Source: Octopus bimaculoides (Eukaryota). Taken from it: 63,762 bases of DNA. Made by a program: the position numbers and the translations under genes. Where the stretch lies: assembly GCF_001194135.2 (NCBI RefSeq), contig NC_068993.1, positions 13,593,500 through 13,657,261 of the forward strand. The letters run 5' to 3'. Shown piece by piece: positions 24,701 through 37,135 of this stretch. The notes below the pieces were generated by a model. The model searched no databases and had not been told where the DNA came from. It saw nothing but the letters and a program-made list of their open reading frames with translations. Within the stretch, counting starts at the first letter, position 1. Every line of letters starts with the position of its first letter.

Positions 24701-25442
24701 GTGTGTGTGTGTGTGTGCACGCACGTTTGATGGCTGTATCACTATAGAGGTGATGCTATTTGGATGTCATATTTATGGTCTACTGACAGGTTGGCGGTGA
24801 CGGCTGCTGGTTGATGTTTAATATATTAAGTGGCAGGACCAATTGTGGTGACAGTGGTGGTGGTGTCGACTGTGATAACCTTTGTGATGGGGAGGTCGAA
24901 AGGTGATTTTTTGCAGTCGGTTTAGCCTTCGATTTGGTATTGTTCGCCAATATGTTAATTACAGGTGTTAACTGCGTAGATCTAGGTTAGCCAGAAACTG
25001 GACGATTAAATGATCAAAGACAGTCAAACCATGACCATCTCCGACCACTTTGAAGATCTACTATATCTAATGTGATATTCGATTATTAAATCGGCAGTGT
25101 TGCGATTTCCGTGAATTGCTCTGCTTTTTCTGCTACTGGAACGGCCACGTGACTCCGTCATCAGCTGCTTCAAATAAGGTTCCTGAGTTTGTAGTCATCA
25201 TCGTTGTCATCGTCGATAGCGTTGTTGGATAAAATCAGATCAGCCATAGTTGATCAGTTATAGGACTCGCGGGTAAGGAACTTTTGTGGTAATAGTCGAA
25301 ACAACTTGGTTTTACCCTCACAGCTGTTTCTTTCTTTAATGTTTCCACTGAATGAGAATCCGACATGAAACGATGAATGTTATGTGATGCAATGTTACAG
25401 ACTGGACACACTTCTCTCTCTGTACTGTTCAATTTATTTCAG

Positions 25443-25478
25443 CATAACTGGAATGGTCGCAGTGGTGAGATGGATAAG
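25443..25478 (+). CDS. Candidate 36-nt internal micro-exon (HNWNGRSGEMDK in phase 0, or ITGMVAVVRWI in the alternative open frame); gene unidentified
   Basis: Acceptor cttctctctctgtactgttcaatttatttcAG and donor AAG|GTAAAT; length divisible by 3. No protein family recognised. Confidence 0.4.
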
Positions 25479-28451
25479 GTAAATGTTTAGTGGTCGGCAA
25501 TTACTGTCTCTTTGAATTCATTATTATTTGAGTCCGGCGCAGTGCATCATTTTGTGCACGGTTACTATTTCTTCGAATCAGGAACACGACCACCATCACC
25601 AGACTATTTCTTCGAATCTAGCTTTCTTACTTTTGAGCATGAATCGGCGGAGATAAGAGTTTTAGGATGTGGATGTGGTAGTATGATTATGTGTGTGCGT
25701 CCGAGTGTGTGTGTGTGTGTGCGTGTGTGTGTGTGTTTGAGCATGTATGTGTGTGATTGCATGGGCATATGATTGTATGTGTCAGTATGAAGGTGCATGT
25801 ATGTGCTTCAGTGTTTGATAGTCGTATTTAACGTTCTGTGTGTGTGTTTGAAGCTGCTGCAGTAACAAACGGCGGCGAATTGGTAGAGTCGTTAAAGTGT
25901 CGGACTGCAGAACGACGCTCTGCACTTTGAGATCATATCTGACAGAAGTCAACTTTTTCTCGATCATTTCGAAGAACCAAACTAAGACGAAGCATTAGAG
26001 GAAATATAAGAACGTCGGATCAGGTACTTTCGTGTTCATATCCCGACATGGAACCTTGCTTAACTTTAGTAGCGACCACTCTGTTGCAAGCAGTCGGGTA
26101 AGCTTTTTAAGGCTAATCTCCGACCTTTCTGTATTTCATTTTGGTGGCTCTATAACTTCTCATGTGCACTGCTTTCCCTCCTGTTTAAAAGATAAAAAGA
26201 AACTAGTCCGGAGTGTCTTTCCTTGTAACATTGGTGTTTTCTTGTGTAAATTCTCTCCGAATTTTGAACATTGATTTTGGAATTTGTCACTTCTGGTAAC
26301 GTTAATGGTGTTGATCTTGCATTGGACGTAAAAGTTGATATATACGAATGATTTTTAGGTTTCGTTTAACTTCCTTGTTTCGTTAAGTTTAATATGGCGT
26401 TTGATTACACAGTTGTGCTCAACTGTGTTATATCTGTGATGAACCAATACCTTATTCAGACCATATTAAACAATGAGTACGTCGATTTTAAAGATTTTGT
26501 TTCCCCCTTTTTAATTCTTCGTTAGTTAATAAATTGGCTGACTACTCTATAAAATCGAGCGTTTACTTGAAAATGCCCATGAAAGTTATACAATTGTAAC
26601 TATTTTACAGCAAGTCAGCTATGATTAAGTATGCCTAAAATCAAATACGTTCTTGCCATCACTCTCCGACCTGTTCTTTTGTACAGGTAAGAATAGTCTA
26701 TCGCATGTCGCAATGTAAAGATACTCAAGTGTGGTTAGAGTGAGGTAAGGGAGATAATTCCAGAAAGACGATTGACTAAGCAGGGAGAGGAAAATTACTC
26801 TACAGTTATTCATATTAATATTATTATTTAACTCTGGATCATCCGATTTGAGGAATATTTGGTTTCTCTTAATAGCAGGTCAAACCGTTACGTAGAGGCT
26901 CACTTCTTGAGTTTGCATTAAAGCCGATAAAATAGTAGACACATCAGTGATATGAAAGTTAGAAGCAGACAGGATAAATAAGAATGGCATTACGGTTTAT
27001 AGAGGTGTTGGAGGCATTCGTGACACTAACGGTTTTTTATAAATAAATGATAACCATCGAAAACAGTGACAGTAAATATCAGTAGAGACTGTGGTGTCGT
27101 CAGTGGAAATGATGCGGAGGACTGATGAGGAATCTCAGGGAATGTGTGCTTGTGTGTGTGTTTATGTACGTGTATATTTACATATACATGTACACGCATA
27201 CACACACACATGCATGCACACACACATATATATGTAGCTAGATATACAAATATACATACCTATATTGAATATACATACACACACATATACGTGTATTTGT
27301 GAATGAACGTGTGTGTGTTTCGGCTAAAGAGTGGTTTTAATTGATGATAGTGATTGGTTTATGGAAACAGTGGTAATGTATTAAATGATGTGTTATTATT
27401 GCTGTTGCTGTTGTTAGTTCTTATGGATGACGGAGATGATGATGGTGGTGGTGGTGGTAGTGATGAGGATGAGGATGATGATGATGATGAAGATAAAGGT
27501 TGTGGTAGTGGTAGTGTGCGGATACATCCATAGATTAGAGGAAGCTATATTAATACTAGAAACGTTTTTGTGTTTAAGAAATTCGCTTTGTAACTTGTTA
27601 ATTTTGCGTTGAGCTCTGCCTCATATTCGACGGAGTTTATCATGCATCTCCTTTTTTTTTTCTTTTTCTGTTCCATTTTCTCCCTTCTATATTTTGCATT
27701 TAACTTCCTCTGATATTTTTTCTCGTGATTTCTTCTTTTCTATTGTCCCAATTTTTAAATTTTATACGCCATGTACTCAGAGCCAGCAGACTGCTTGGAG
27801 ACATTAGGCGTGTTGTTAAAAGCTGACTAGACCACATCTCCCATGTATGAAACTCTTAGAAACTCATAAATATAAAAAAGGCGCACACCATGTGTAAACA
27901 TCATCAGTCATTAAATAACCAACAGGTCAGGCTGAAGTCTGACCTGGCATGAAAGACTAACAATAACAGATATCACCGATTACTAAAAATTCCGTTTGAA
28001 AGGAAATAACAATTATAAATTACAAATATTTTGCTAACTTGCAATATCAACTACAATTATCGTACGAATTGTTATTTTTGCTCCAATCACACCCACCCAA
28101 GCTAAATAATTTACAAATAGTTTTATTTTTTAGCCACATGCTCAACCATAGTTTTTCTTATACGAATGGCTTAAGTAAGCAACTATTTGATGGGTATTTA
28201 GTGGCAGTTATAGGCAATAGTTGTTTATATTGCCGGTCTCTTTGTGACTATGTGTATAATTGATAGTGTCGATTATTCGTGATAGGCGCCTGTATAAGTT
28301 TACACCGATGTTTGTTCAGCTTACCATATCAATCATTCCTAACCATAATATTCAAATTCTGAATTTCTAGCACATTTTGAATTAAGACAGAACCAGTTTC
28401 GACTTGTACTTGTTACTATATACACACACATGAACTCACACACACACGCAC

Positions 28452-28452
<1 letters not shown>

Positions 28453-28505
<53 letters not shown>
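28453..28505. repeat. (TCTA)n tetranucleotide
   Basis: Directly visible. Confidence 0.95.
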
Positions 28506-28896
28506 TCTTTTACACTTTTCAGTCATTTGACAGCAACCAATGCTGGAGCACCAACGTAAAGGGACTTAGACCAAAGATTCGACCACAGGACTTACTATAG
28601 GTAAACCTAGTACTTATTCCATCGGTCTTTTGCCGAAATACTAAGTTACGGGGACATAAGCACACTACCATCGGCCGTCAAACGATGTGGGGTGGGGGCA
28701 CAAACACAGACACAAAACATACACATAAATATATATAAATGTACACGACGAGCTTCTTTCAGTTTATCTCTACCAAATCAACTCACAACATGTCTCTTTT
28801 GACCCGAGGCTATATCAGAAAACACGTGCCTAATATTCCACGCGGGGGGACTTAACTAGGATTCATGTTGTTGGGAAGCAAGATTCTTACCACATA

Positions 28897-28900
<4 letters not shown>
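28505..28900 (-). mobile_element. Family A SINE, diverged, near full length
   Basis: ttcagtcatttgacagc...tgctggagcacc...ctaagttacggggac...gagcttctttcagttt...cttaccacatagcca is colinear with the reverse complement of 60781-61180. Confidence 0.88.
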
Positions 28901-28934
<34 letters not shown>

Positions 28935-28970
28935 CGCATATTACTGTTCTTGATTTTAACTCATGTTCAT

Positions 28971-29015
28971 TGTCCGGAAATCTTTCGTCACACATATGTG
29001 ATCTTTTCAGCGACA
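28971..29015 (-). ncRNA. Degenerate minimal type I hammerhead-ribozyme-like fold
   Basis: Minus strand: UGUCG-CUGAAAAG-A-UCACA[UAUG]UGUGA-C-GAAA-GAUUUC-CGGACA. Stem II is 5 bp, GAAA is present, there is a UC cleavage-type site, and stem I is UGUC(-)G/CGGACA. The core deviates from CUGANGA, so it is likely inactive. Confidence 0.5.
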
Positions 29016-29554
29016 CTTTCCGTCCTCGAGTGTGCTCTTGCTCCGCTTAGAAGAACAGAATGTACTGCACATATATACATACATACATACACACACATAT
29101 CTATATATACACATAGATAAGCACATGCATACACATAGATATATATCATACATACATAAATACATACATGCATACATACATATACATATGCTGTGTTCCT
29201 GATGAATTTATCATTGTTGGGGAAACACTATCTTCTAAGATAAGAAGACATTGTCTTGCCATTGTCTGCTACATAAAATAAAGTTATTAATGTTTATAAT
29301 CTTATAATATAGCAATATTTAGTGATTTTCCACCCTCCTTTGCAATCGCCAGCACTGCATCAGCTGAGACAAATAAATTAAGTTTAAATTCAGCATTCTA
29401 TAATGTTTGTTACGAAGAGAAAATACTTTATAGAGTAAAAAGGCATACATTAATATTTTTCATCCTAAATCATTAACTGTTTGGCAGTAGAAAAAAGAGA
29501 AAGGGAAAGAGGGAAAGAGAGCGAGAGATAGGGAGAGAAAGACCATATCATTTT

Positions 29555-29584
29555 AACCCCTAGTAACGTCGGGTATCTCTGCTA

Positions 29585-29586
<2 letters not shown>
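29555..29586 (+). mobile_element. Helitron-like 3' terminus (degenerate CCC...GGG hairpin, CTAG, then T) followed by (TA)n
   Basis: aacccctagtaacgtcgggtatctctgCTAG|tatata; homologous to 52903-52933. Confidence 0.55.
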
Positions 29587-29636
<50 letters not shown>

Positions 29637-30292
29637 NNNNNNNNNNNNNNNNNNNNNNNNNNNNNNNNNNNNNNNNNNNNNNNNNNNNNNNNNNNNNNNN
29701 NNNNNNNNNNNNNNNNNNNNNNNNNNNNNNNNNNNNNNNNNNNNNNNNNNNNNNNNNNNNNNNNNNNNNNNNNNNNNNNNNNNNNNNNNNNNNNNNNNNN
29801 NNNNNNNNNNNNNNNNNNNNNNNNNNNNNNNNNNNNNNNNNNNNNNNNNNNNNNNNNNNNNNNNNNNNNNNNNNNNNNNNNNNNNNNNNNNNNNNNNNNN
29901 NNNNNNNNNNNNNNNNNNNNNNNNNNNNNNNNNNNNNNNNNNNNNNNNNNNNNNNNNNNNNNNNNNNNNNNNNNNNNNNNNNNNNNNNNNNNNNNNNNNN
30001 NNNNNNNNNNNNNNNNNNNNNNNNNNNNNNNNNNNNNNNNNNNNNNNNNNNNNNNNNNNNNNNNNNNNNNNNNNNNNNNNNNNNNNNNNNNNNNNNNNNN
30101 NNNNNNNNNNNNNNNNNNNNNNNNNNNNNNNNNNNNNNNNNNNNNNNNNNNNNNNNNNNNNNNNNNNNNNNNNNNNNNNNNNNNNNNNNNNNNNNNNNNN
30201 NNNNNNNNNNNNNNNNNNNNNNNNNNNNNNNNNNNNNNNNNNNNNNNNNNNNNNNNNNNNNNNNNNNNNNNNNNNNNNNNNNNNNNNNNNNN

Positions 30293-30341
<49 letters not shown>

Positions 30342-31055
30342 TATGTGAGTATGTGTGAGGTGAAGGTGGATCGTGTGATCTTACTTCTACCGATCAGGAT
30401 ACGTGGCTTTATTGAATGATCTTAAGGTAAGGAGGTATTGAAAGTGAGTGGTAAAACGTAGAAACTCAACCTAAATCCATAAAAGAACCACGTCGTAGCA
30501 ACAGAGAAAAAAATTAGCGTTTATATATGTAAGGGATTTAGGAGGCTGGATAACTCTAGAAACAACATCTCCGAAGGGGCTTGAACTTCGTATTTAACCA
30601 AATGGTTAGGCATGCGTTTTGTAAATCTTGTGGTTAAATCCACATAACTATAAAAGCTGTTTACATTGAAGGAGAGATAAGACCGAATACCAAAACTTTG
30701 TAGAAGACACAATGTCTTATATTGTCAGCAACTCAAGAAATATTATTAAGATTTCGGGAAATTTCGTATAGCTTAATTTGCGGACGATGATCTTGAGCGG
30801 AAGGTGTACTGGAACAAGGGTCACCTCGAATCTACCTAGATAAAGGCTTCTCCTGCATTTGTAGACAGACAAACCTCATTAATGCTTCTGTCTGTCATTT
30901 TTTTTTATGTATGTATTACTATAGTGTATCGTGAATTCGATGAAGCACCTATTTACATACATGCATGCATACATCCATCCATCCATCCATCCATACATGC
31001 ATACATACATACATACATACATACATACATAAATACATACATACATACACACAGG

Positions 31056-31101
<46 letters not shown>

Positions 31102-31279
31102 TATGTCTGCGAGTTTATATAATTGTGTATTTGTGATTGTCTTGTTTATGTGTGTAGTGTGGCTAGATCTTTGTGTGTGTTCGCGTGTGTTCTGCCGTGT
31201 ATATAAGTACATCAGGATTTGTGACCACTGTTGTATGACACATTCTGTATTTTACGTTTAAGCCCTTGTGAACGACAAA

Positions 31280-31297
31280 GAATTATTATTATTATTA

Positions 31298-31344
<47 letters not shown>

Positions 31345-31357
31345 GTTGTTATTGTTA

Positions 31358-31416
<59 letters not shown>

Positions 31417-31504
31417 TTCATTATTATTATTATTATTATTATTATCATTATTATTATTATCATTATTATTATTATCATTATTATTATTATTATTATTATT
31501 ATTT

Positions 31505-31599
<95 letters not shown>

Positions 31600-31617
31600 T
31601 TCATTATCATTATTATT

Positions 31618-31691
<74 letters not shown>

Positions 31692-31752
31692 CAGTAGTAG
31701 TAGTAGTAGTAGTATCTACGTAGTAGTAGTAGTAGTAGTAGTAGTAGTATAT
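31280..31752. repeat. ~470-bp (ATT)n/(ATC) array ending in (AGT)n
   Basis: Directly visible; ttttca interruptions at about 31415, 31502 and 31598. Confidence 0.95.
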
Positions 31753-32331
31753 AATATAACGTGAGCAGATTTTTTGTAATGTGTATCTGTTTCAAAGACA
31801 TGATAACAACACTTTATTCTTACTAGCATCGCCCTCAAAAAGAGGGAAAAATAAAATGTTATATATATAACTTCGTCAGAAGGAAAACAAGAAAATATAG
31901 AAATAAATATGTTACCAACGAGTACCGATCAAAGAAAATAAACGAGCGAATACCAACCACTATCTCACTGTTCACCAGTCTATCTCTCTGTCTGCCTCTC
32001 TCTTATTCTGTCTTTTTCTCTGCTTTCTATCTATTTCATGTATTGATCCGTCTGTTTGTCGCACTGTCTGTATGTCCTTCTGCAGTTCTGTCGCCATACG
32101 TACAGACACATGTAGTCACACACTCATATTTAACATGTTACAAAGAATTGTAATATCTACGCGCGGCGATTCATAGACACCTTCCATATTTGTGTACTTA
32201 TGAGAATATACATATAGGTGTTTGTATGTATGTACACACGTACGTACATATGTATGTATGTATGTATGTATAAATGTAGGTGTGTATATATGTAAATATC
32301 TATATATCTTTATCAATCTATCTATCCATCT

Positions 32332-32372
<41 letters not shown>

Positions 32373-33973
32373 GTATGTATGTATATCGGTTTCACCCGGC
32401 CAGAGAACGACGCGAAGAGAGAAACGAAGACATAAAAAAGAGGAAGGAGTGGGTACGAAGGGGTGTTTGGGCGACGGATCTTGGTAGAAAAAAAAAAGAA
32501 TGTCATGGTGGGTTAGTAGGGAGAGCAAAGCAAGACTGGACTTACGTGGGCTGGCAGGAAGATGAAAAAATTGCGGAATTGAAATTGGAGCAGTTGAAGT
32601 TGCCGTTGTTATCATTGGAGTGCCTCTTGGTTGACAACATTCTTCCTTCTTCCCTCGGGTGCACACGCACACACACACACACGCACACACACACATACAG
32701 ACACACANNNNNNNNNNNNNNNNNNNNNNNNNNNNNNNNNNNNNNNNNNNNNNNNNNNNNNNNNNNNNNNNNNNNNNNNNNNNNNNNNNNNNNNNNNNNN
32801 NNNNNNNNNNNNNNNNNNNNNNNNNNNNNNNNNNNNNNNNNNNNNNNNNNNNNNNNNNNNNNNNNNNNNNNNNNNNNNNNNNNNNNNNNNNNNNNNNNNN
32901 NNNNNNNNNNNNNNNNNNNNNNNNNNNNNNNNNNNNNNNNNNNNNNNNNNNNNNNNNNNNNNNNNNNNNNNNNNNNNNNNNNNNNNNNNNNNNNNNNNNN
33001 NNNNNNNNNNNNNNNNNNNNNNNNNNNNNNNNNNNNNNNNNNNNNNNNNNNNNNNNNNNNNNNNNNNNNNNNNNNNNNNNNNNNNNNNNNNNNNNNNNNN
33101 NNNNNNTATATATATATATATATATGCACGCATTTATAAATGTAAGTACAGAAATATTTAGATGTATTATTACAAAGTAATTACGCTACATAATATTCCA
33201 TTACTGAACTGTTTCAGCCGTATGAAATTGGCAAATAGTACAAGAAAAGCGTTTTATTTCACCCTCATTGAAAACTGTAGAATCCTGTGCAATGCGCCTG
33301 ATCTCTACGGAAGGTCTCTGTAGGTCTTTAAGAAATTGATGACTGCAACGTGCAAAATATTCTCACCTCATATTCCACGAAAGCTTGTGTAGACCAGATT
33401 ATTATAAACTTAACCGCATGTTTTGTTTCGCTATAGTTTTATATGATCTGCTTTATTTCTGTATTTTACCTATTAGTTAATTGCATTTGTTTCCGGATGT
33501 ATTTTGTTAAAGTTGTTATTGTTGTTCCTTTTGACAATTAAATTGTAAATGTATCTACAAAGCACTCAAAGTACATTTGGAGAAATAATGACAACAATGT
33601 CGACAACATATTGGAGCAGAGAATTAAAAGGCAATTATATAGAATGGCTATTCATAAATGGAGCAGAGTGATAACACAATCTATGAAGGCAACTGCAGAT
33701 TTTCTGAATATTTTAGACTTAATAAACAGTCCTAGACACCGTTCAAATGCTTTCAGTTAAAATATAAATTAAATTTCGGCGCGCCACAAGCTATGGGACA
33801 TTTATCTCGTTGGTTTATTCTGAAGTACTTCAAAACTTGTATATTTTATCTAACATGGCACGCTTTTTGTTGTGCATTGTTTATCGTTATTATGAAATAA
33901 TTTATTTGCTATATTCCTCTCACAGTATATTTTCAAATACCAGCTAGCCTGTTCCATAATTATATCTATCATG

Positions 33974-34105
33974 TAGGCGGAGGCGTAGCTGTGTGGTAAG
34001 AAGTTTGTTTCCCAACCAAATGGTTCCGGGTTTCGTTCCACTGTGTGGCCCCTTCAGTAAGCGTCTTCTAGTGTAGATTCGGGCAGACCAAAGAATCGTG
34101 ATCTG
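33974..34105 (+). mobile_element. Family A-like SINE, 5' part (tRNA head and core)
   Basis: taggcggaggcgtagctgtgtggtaagaagtttg...ggttccgggtttcgttccactgtgtggcccc...gaccaaag. Confidence 0.8.
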
Positions 34106-34342
34106 ATAGTGGGACCGACGGAGATAGCGTTTGTTTATCTGCCACTGGCAATAGCAATGCTGTCTATTTATGCACCATATAAACTTATGAGCGTTTTCTC
34201 TCATGGTAAATATTGCAGTATTTGTGTTCTAACGCAACATCCACATGGAAATGATGTCTATATTACGTTGGAGAAAAGAGGAGAAGAAAGGGGATAAAGA
34301 GCATAAGAAGAAATGCCCCTTGGTTAGATGCATTTGCTCGAA

Positions 34343-34403
<61 letters not shown>

Positions 34404-34764
34404 ACACACACACACACACNNNNNNNNNNNNNNNNNNNNNNNNNNNNNNNNNNNNNNNNNNNNNNNNNNNNNNNNNNNNNNNNNNNNNNNNNNNNNNNNN
34501 NNNNNNNNNNNNNNNNNNNNNNNNNNNNNNNNNNNNNNNNNNNNNNNNNNNNNNNNNNNNNNNNNNNNNNNNNNNNNNNNNNNNNNNNNNNNNNNNNNNN
34601 NNNNNNNNNNNNNNNNNNNNNNNNNNNNNNNNNNNNNNNNNNNNNNNNNNNNNNNNNNNNNNNNNNNNNNNNNNNNNNNNNNNNNNNNNNNNNNNNNNNN
34701 NNNNNNNNNNNNNNNNNNNNNNNNNNNNNNNNNNNATATATATATATATGCATGTACCTATCTG

Positions 34765-34958
34765 TATGTGTGTCTGCGTTTGTCCCCCCTCACCATCGCT
34801 TGACAAGCAATGTTGTTGCGTTTACGTCCCCGTAACCTAGCGGTTCGGCGAGACAGTCCAATAGAACAAGTACTAGGCTTCTAAAGAATAAGTCCTGGGG
34901 TCAATTTGCTCGACTAAAGGCGGTGCTCCAGCATGGCTGCAGTCAAATGACCGAAACA
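34765..34958 (+). mobile_element. Family A SINE, 3' half emerging from a gap
   Basis: gtttgtccccc...acgtccccgtaacctagcggttcggc...aataagtcctggggtcaatttgctcgactaaaggcggtgctccagcatggctgcagtcaaatga. Confidence 0.9.
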
Positions 34959-35039
34959 ATCCATATATACAGAGAGAGAGAGACAAAGGGAGAGAGAGAA
35001 AATGGGAGGGCGAGAGATAAATACATTGATAGTTAGATT

Positions 35040-35134
35040 GATAGATAAACGGATAAATAGATAGACAGAGATACATACAGAGAGACAGGCAGACAAACAG
35101 ACAGACGGACAGACAGACAGACATACAGACAGAC

Positions 35135-35195
<61 letters not shown>
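35040..35195. repeat. (GACA)n-(GATA)n tetranucleotide
   Basis: Directly visible. Confidence 0.95.
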
Positions 35196-35196
<1 letters not shown>

Positions 35197-35520
35197 AAGG
35201 AAGGAAAATGAGAAATGAATGTAGGCGAATCGTTTCTGGAAATTCTAGATGTGCCTCGATGTAAATTGTGGTAAATACTCTGTACTTTCTGTTCTGTGGT
35301 ATATCTGTAATTCATTCTTCTCTTTTGTGTAATGCATTTAGACATAAATTCATAGCACAGTCTATGTTATGTCTTTGTTCTGCACTCTCAGAGATTAAAA
35401 ATCTCGCTTAAATGAACTAGAATTGTACTGCCTAGTTTTGTGTGCATCAAGGTAACATATAAACATATAAAGATACATGCATACAGACACACACACATAT
35501 ACAACCGCATATATACATAC

Positions 35521-35577
<57 letters not shown>

Positions 35578-37074
35578 TATGTGTGTATATATCAACGTAT
35601 ATATGTGACATACACATATGCGTACAGATAGGCTATACATACACATATAGAGCGATTTTCATGGCTGAAGTGATAAAGAGAGAAAATCTAGTTGACTGTT
35701 AATGCCTTTATCGGAAGAAAGATTAGAAAAACAAATGGGTAAATTTATTTCTAAATGTTTTTATTTATTTACATATCGGTTTCATCTTGTGTCTCTGATA
35801 AATACATTTGTAGTTTTCCGAATGTCTGTTAGTGTTTTTATATTATTTTAAGTGTTTTCTTTTTATTAAATATATGTCCATCTTAGCTTCTACTTCTACT
35901 GTGTTTTTTTGCTGTTGTTTTGTGTCTACCATTAAATCTTTCTTTAATTATCTGGAGAAGTTTTGTTGCAAAAGAAAACAGAATAGATATACTTGTTTCT
36001 TAACCAACAATGCAAATAAGAAAAAAAAGTAATACTAACCAGTTACACTAATACTAATAACAGTGGCAACAACATTGATAAAACAGTTTTAAAAAATACA
36101 GGAAAAAAACATATTCAGTTATAATCTAAATTGAGCATGTTCTCAGTTAATGTTAGTCAAGTATAAAATAAAATCGACTGATAGATTACAGGGACAATAA
36201 ATTAAAACGAAATAATGGAAGCTAAACTAAGACGGAAAGAACAAAAAAGAATTCAATTAATATGTTTTCCTAGGAATTTTTGAACCTATCAGTTTAAATT
36301 TAATCCACATTTATTTGTTCAGATGTTTATACAGTTCAGGCTCATGTTATTGTTAGTTTTCCATTTGCCGTTCGTTTCGTTATTTTCCTTCAAATCGTAC
36401 TCATCCTGCTCCTCTCCCTTCGTGCCCCTCTTCCTATTCCCTTTCTTTATCATTATTTTTTACGGAGATGAACTGGAAGAACAACGAATATGTCGTATGG
36501 AATCGTTTGATACTATGGTTCCAGCTTTGAACGTTCTAAGTTCATTACCCGTCAATGTCATGCATGTCTTTTCATGTTTTTTTAGTGGACATGTAATATA
36601 TAATAGCACTAAACTTTCAATGATCGTACTATTCTTCTCCCGATTATGTTTTGGAGAGCACTTGGAGCTCGGAAGTCCAGTTTTGCCAGATTGTGACATG
36701 CTGATTTGGACTGTGAATTATGTGCGTTAAGGTTATATGTGTCTAATATATTCAATAATTTACACTAGAATTTTACGTGTAGGAATTATGTTGATGATGC
36801 ATGTCAGAATTTAATGTTGAAACCGATGACGAATAATTTGTTTTGTTATTCTTTTGTTTGAAAATTTACGAAAATTACACATTGATATTATGTGCTTTGA
36901 CTATAGTTCAAAAAAACAACTCGACCATAGGTCACAAACATATAGGTATCTACGAAATCGCTACGAGACAGAGTTAAACATGTTGATAGTCACATACGTT
37001 ACTCAGTGGAGCTACGAAGATTTTCAACTGATGAGAAAGCGTTGTACCGAATATCTGTCTGGTATATTATTCCA

Positions 37075-37135
37075 CCAAATTTGCCTTCGGTGGAATTTGA
37101 ACTCAGACCGTACAGTGCTAGAGCAAATACCTGAA
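37075..37135 (-). mobile_element. Family C SINE fragment
   Basis: ccttcggtggaatttgaactcagaccgtacag...aaatacc is approximately the reverse complement of the C B-box region. Confidence 0.55.

Noticed and set aside
25560-25625. Direct repeats with a unique spacer, CRISPR-like at first glance
   Set aside because: Only two 16-bp copies, in a eukaryotic context with no cas genes.
26611-26687. tttacAG...tacag|GTAAGA candidate exon
   Set aside because: All three frames are closed. It is only viable as a UTR or first exon (MPKIKYVLA...), with no evidence. Strong acceptors at about 13591, 14373, 43096, 58330 and 59443 likewise lack convincing open-frame and donor pairs.
27923-27946. 8-bp hairpin caggtcag/ctgacctg, and a 21-bp tandem duplication at 40722-40761
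   Set aside because: Structures this small are expected by chance or slippage in 64 kb, and there is no supporting context.
31850-31882. Minus-strand CUGACGA-A followed by a GUUAUA/UAUAAC hairpin
   Set aside because: No GAAA follows stem II and there is no stem I or III, so it is not a supportable hammerhead.
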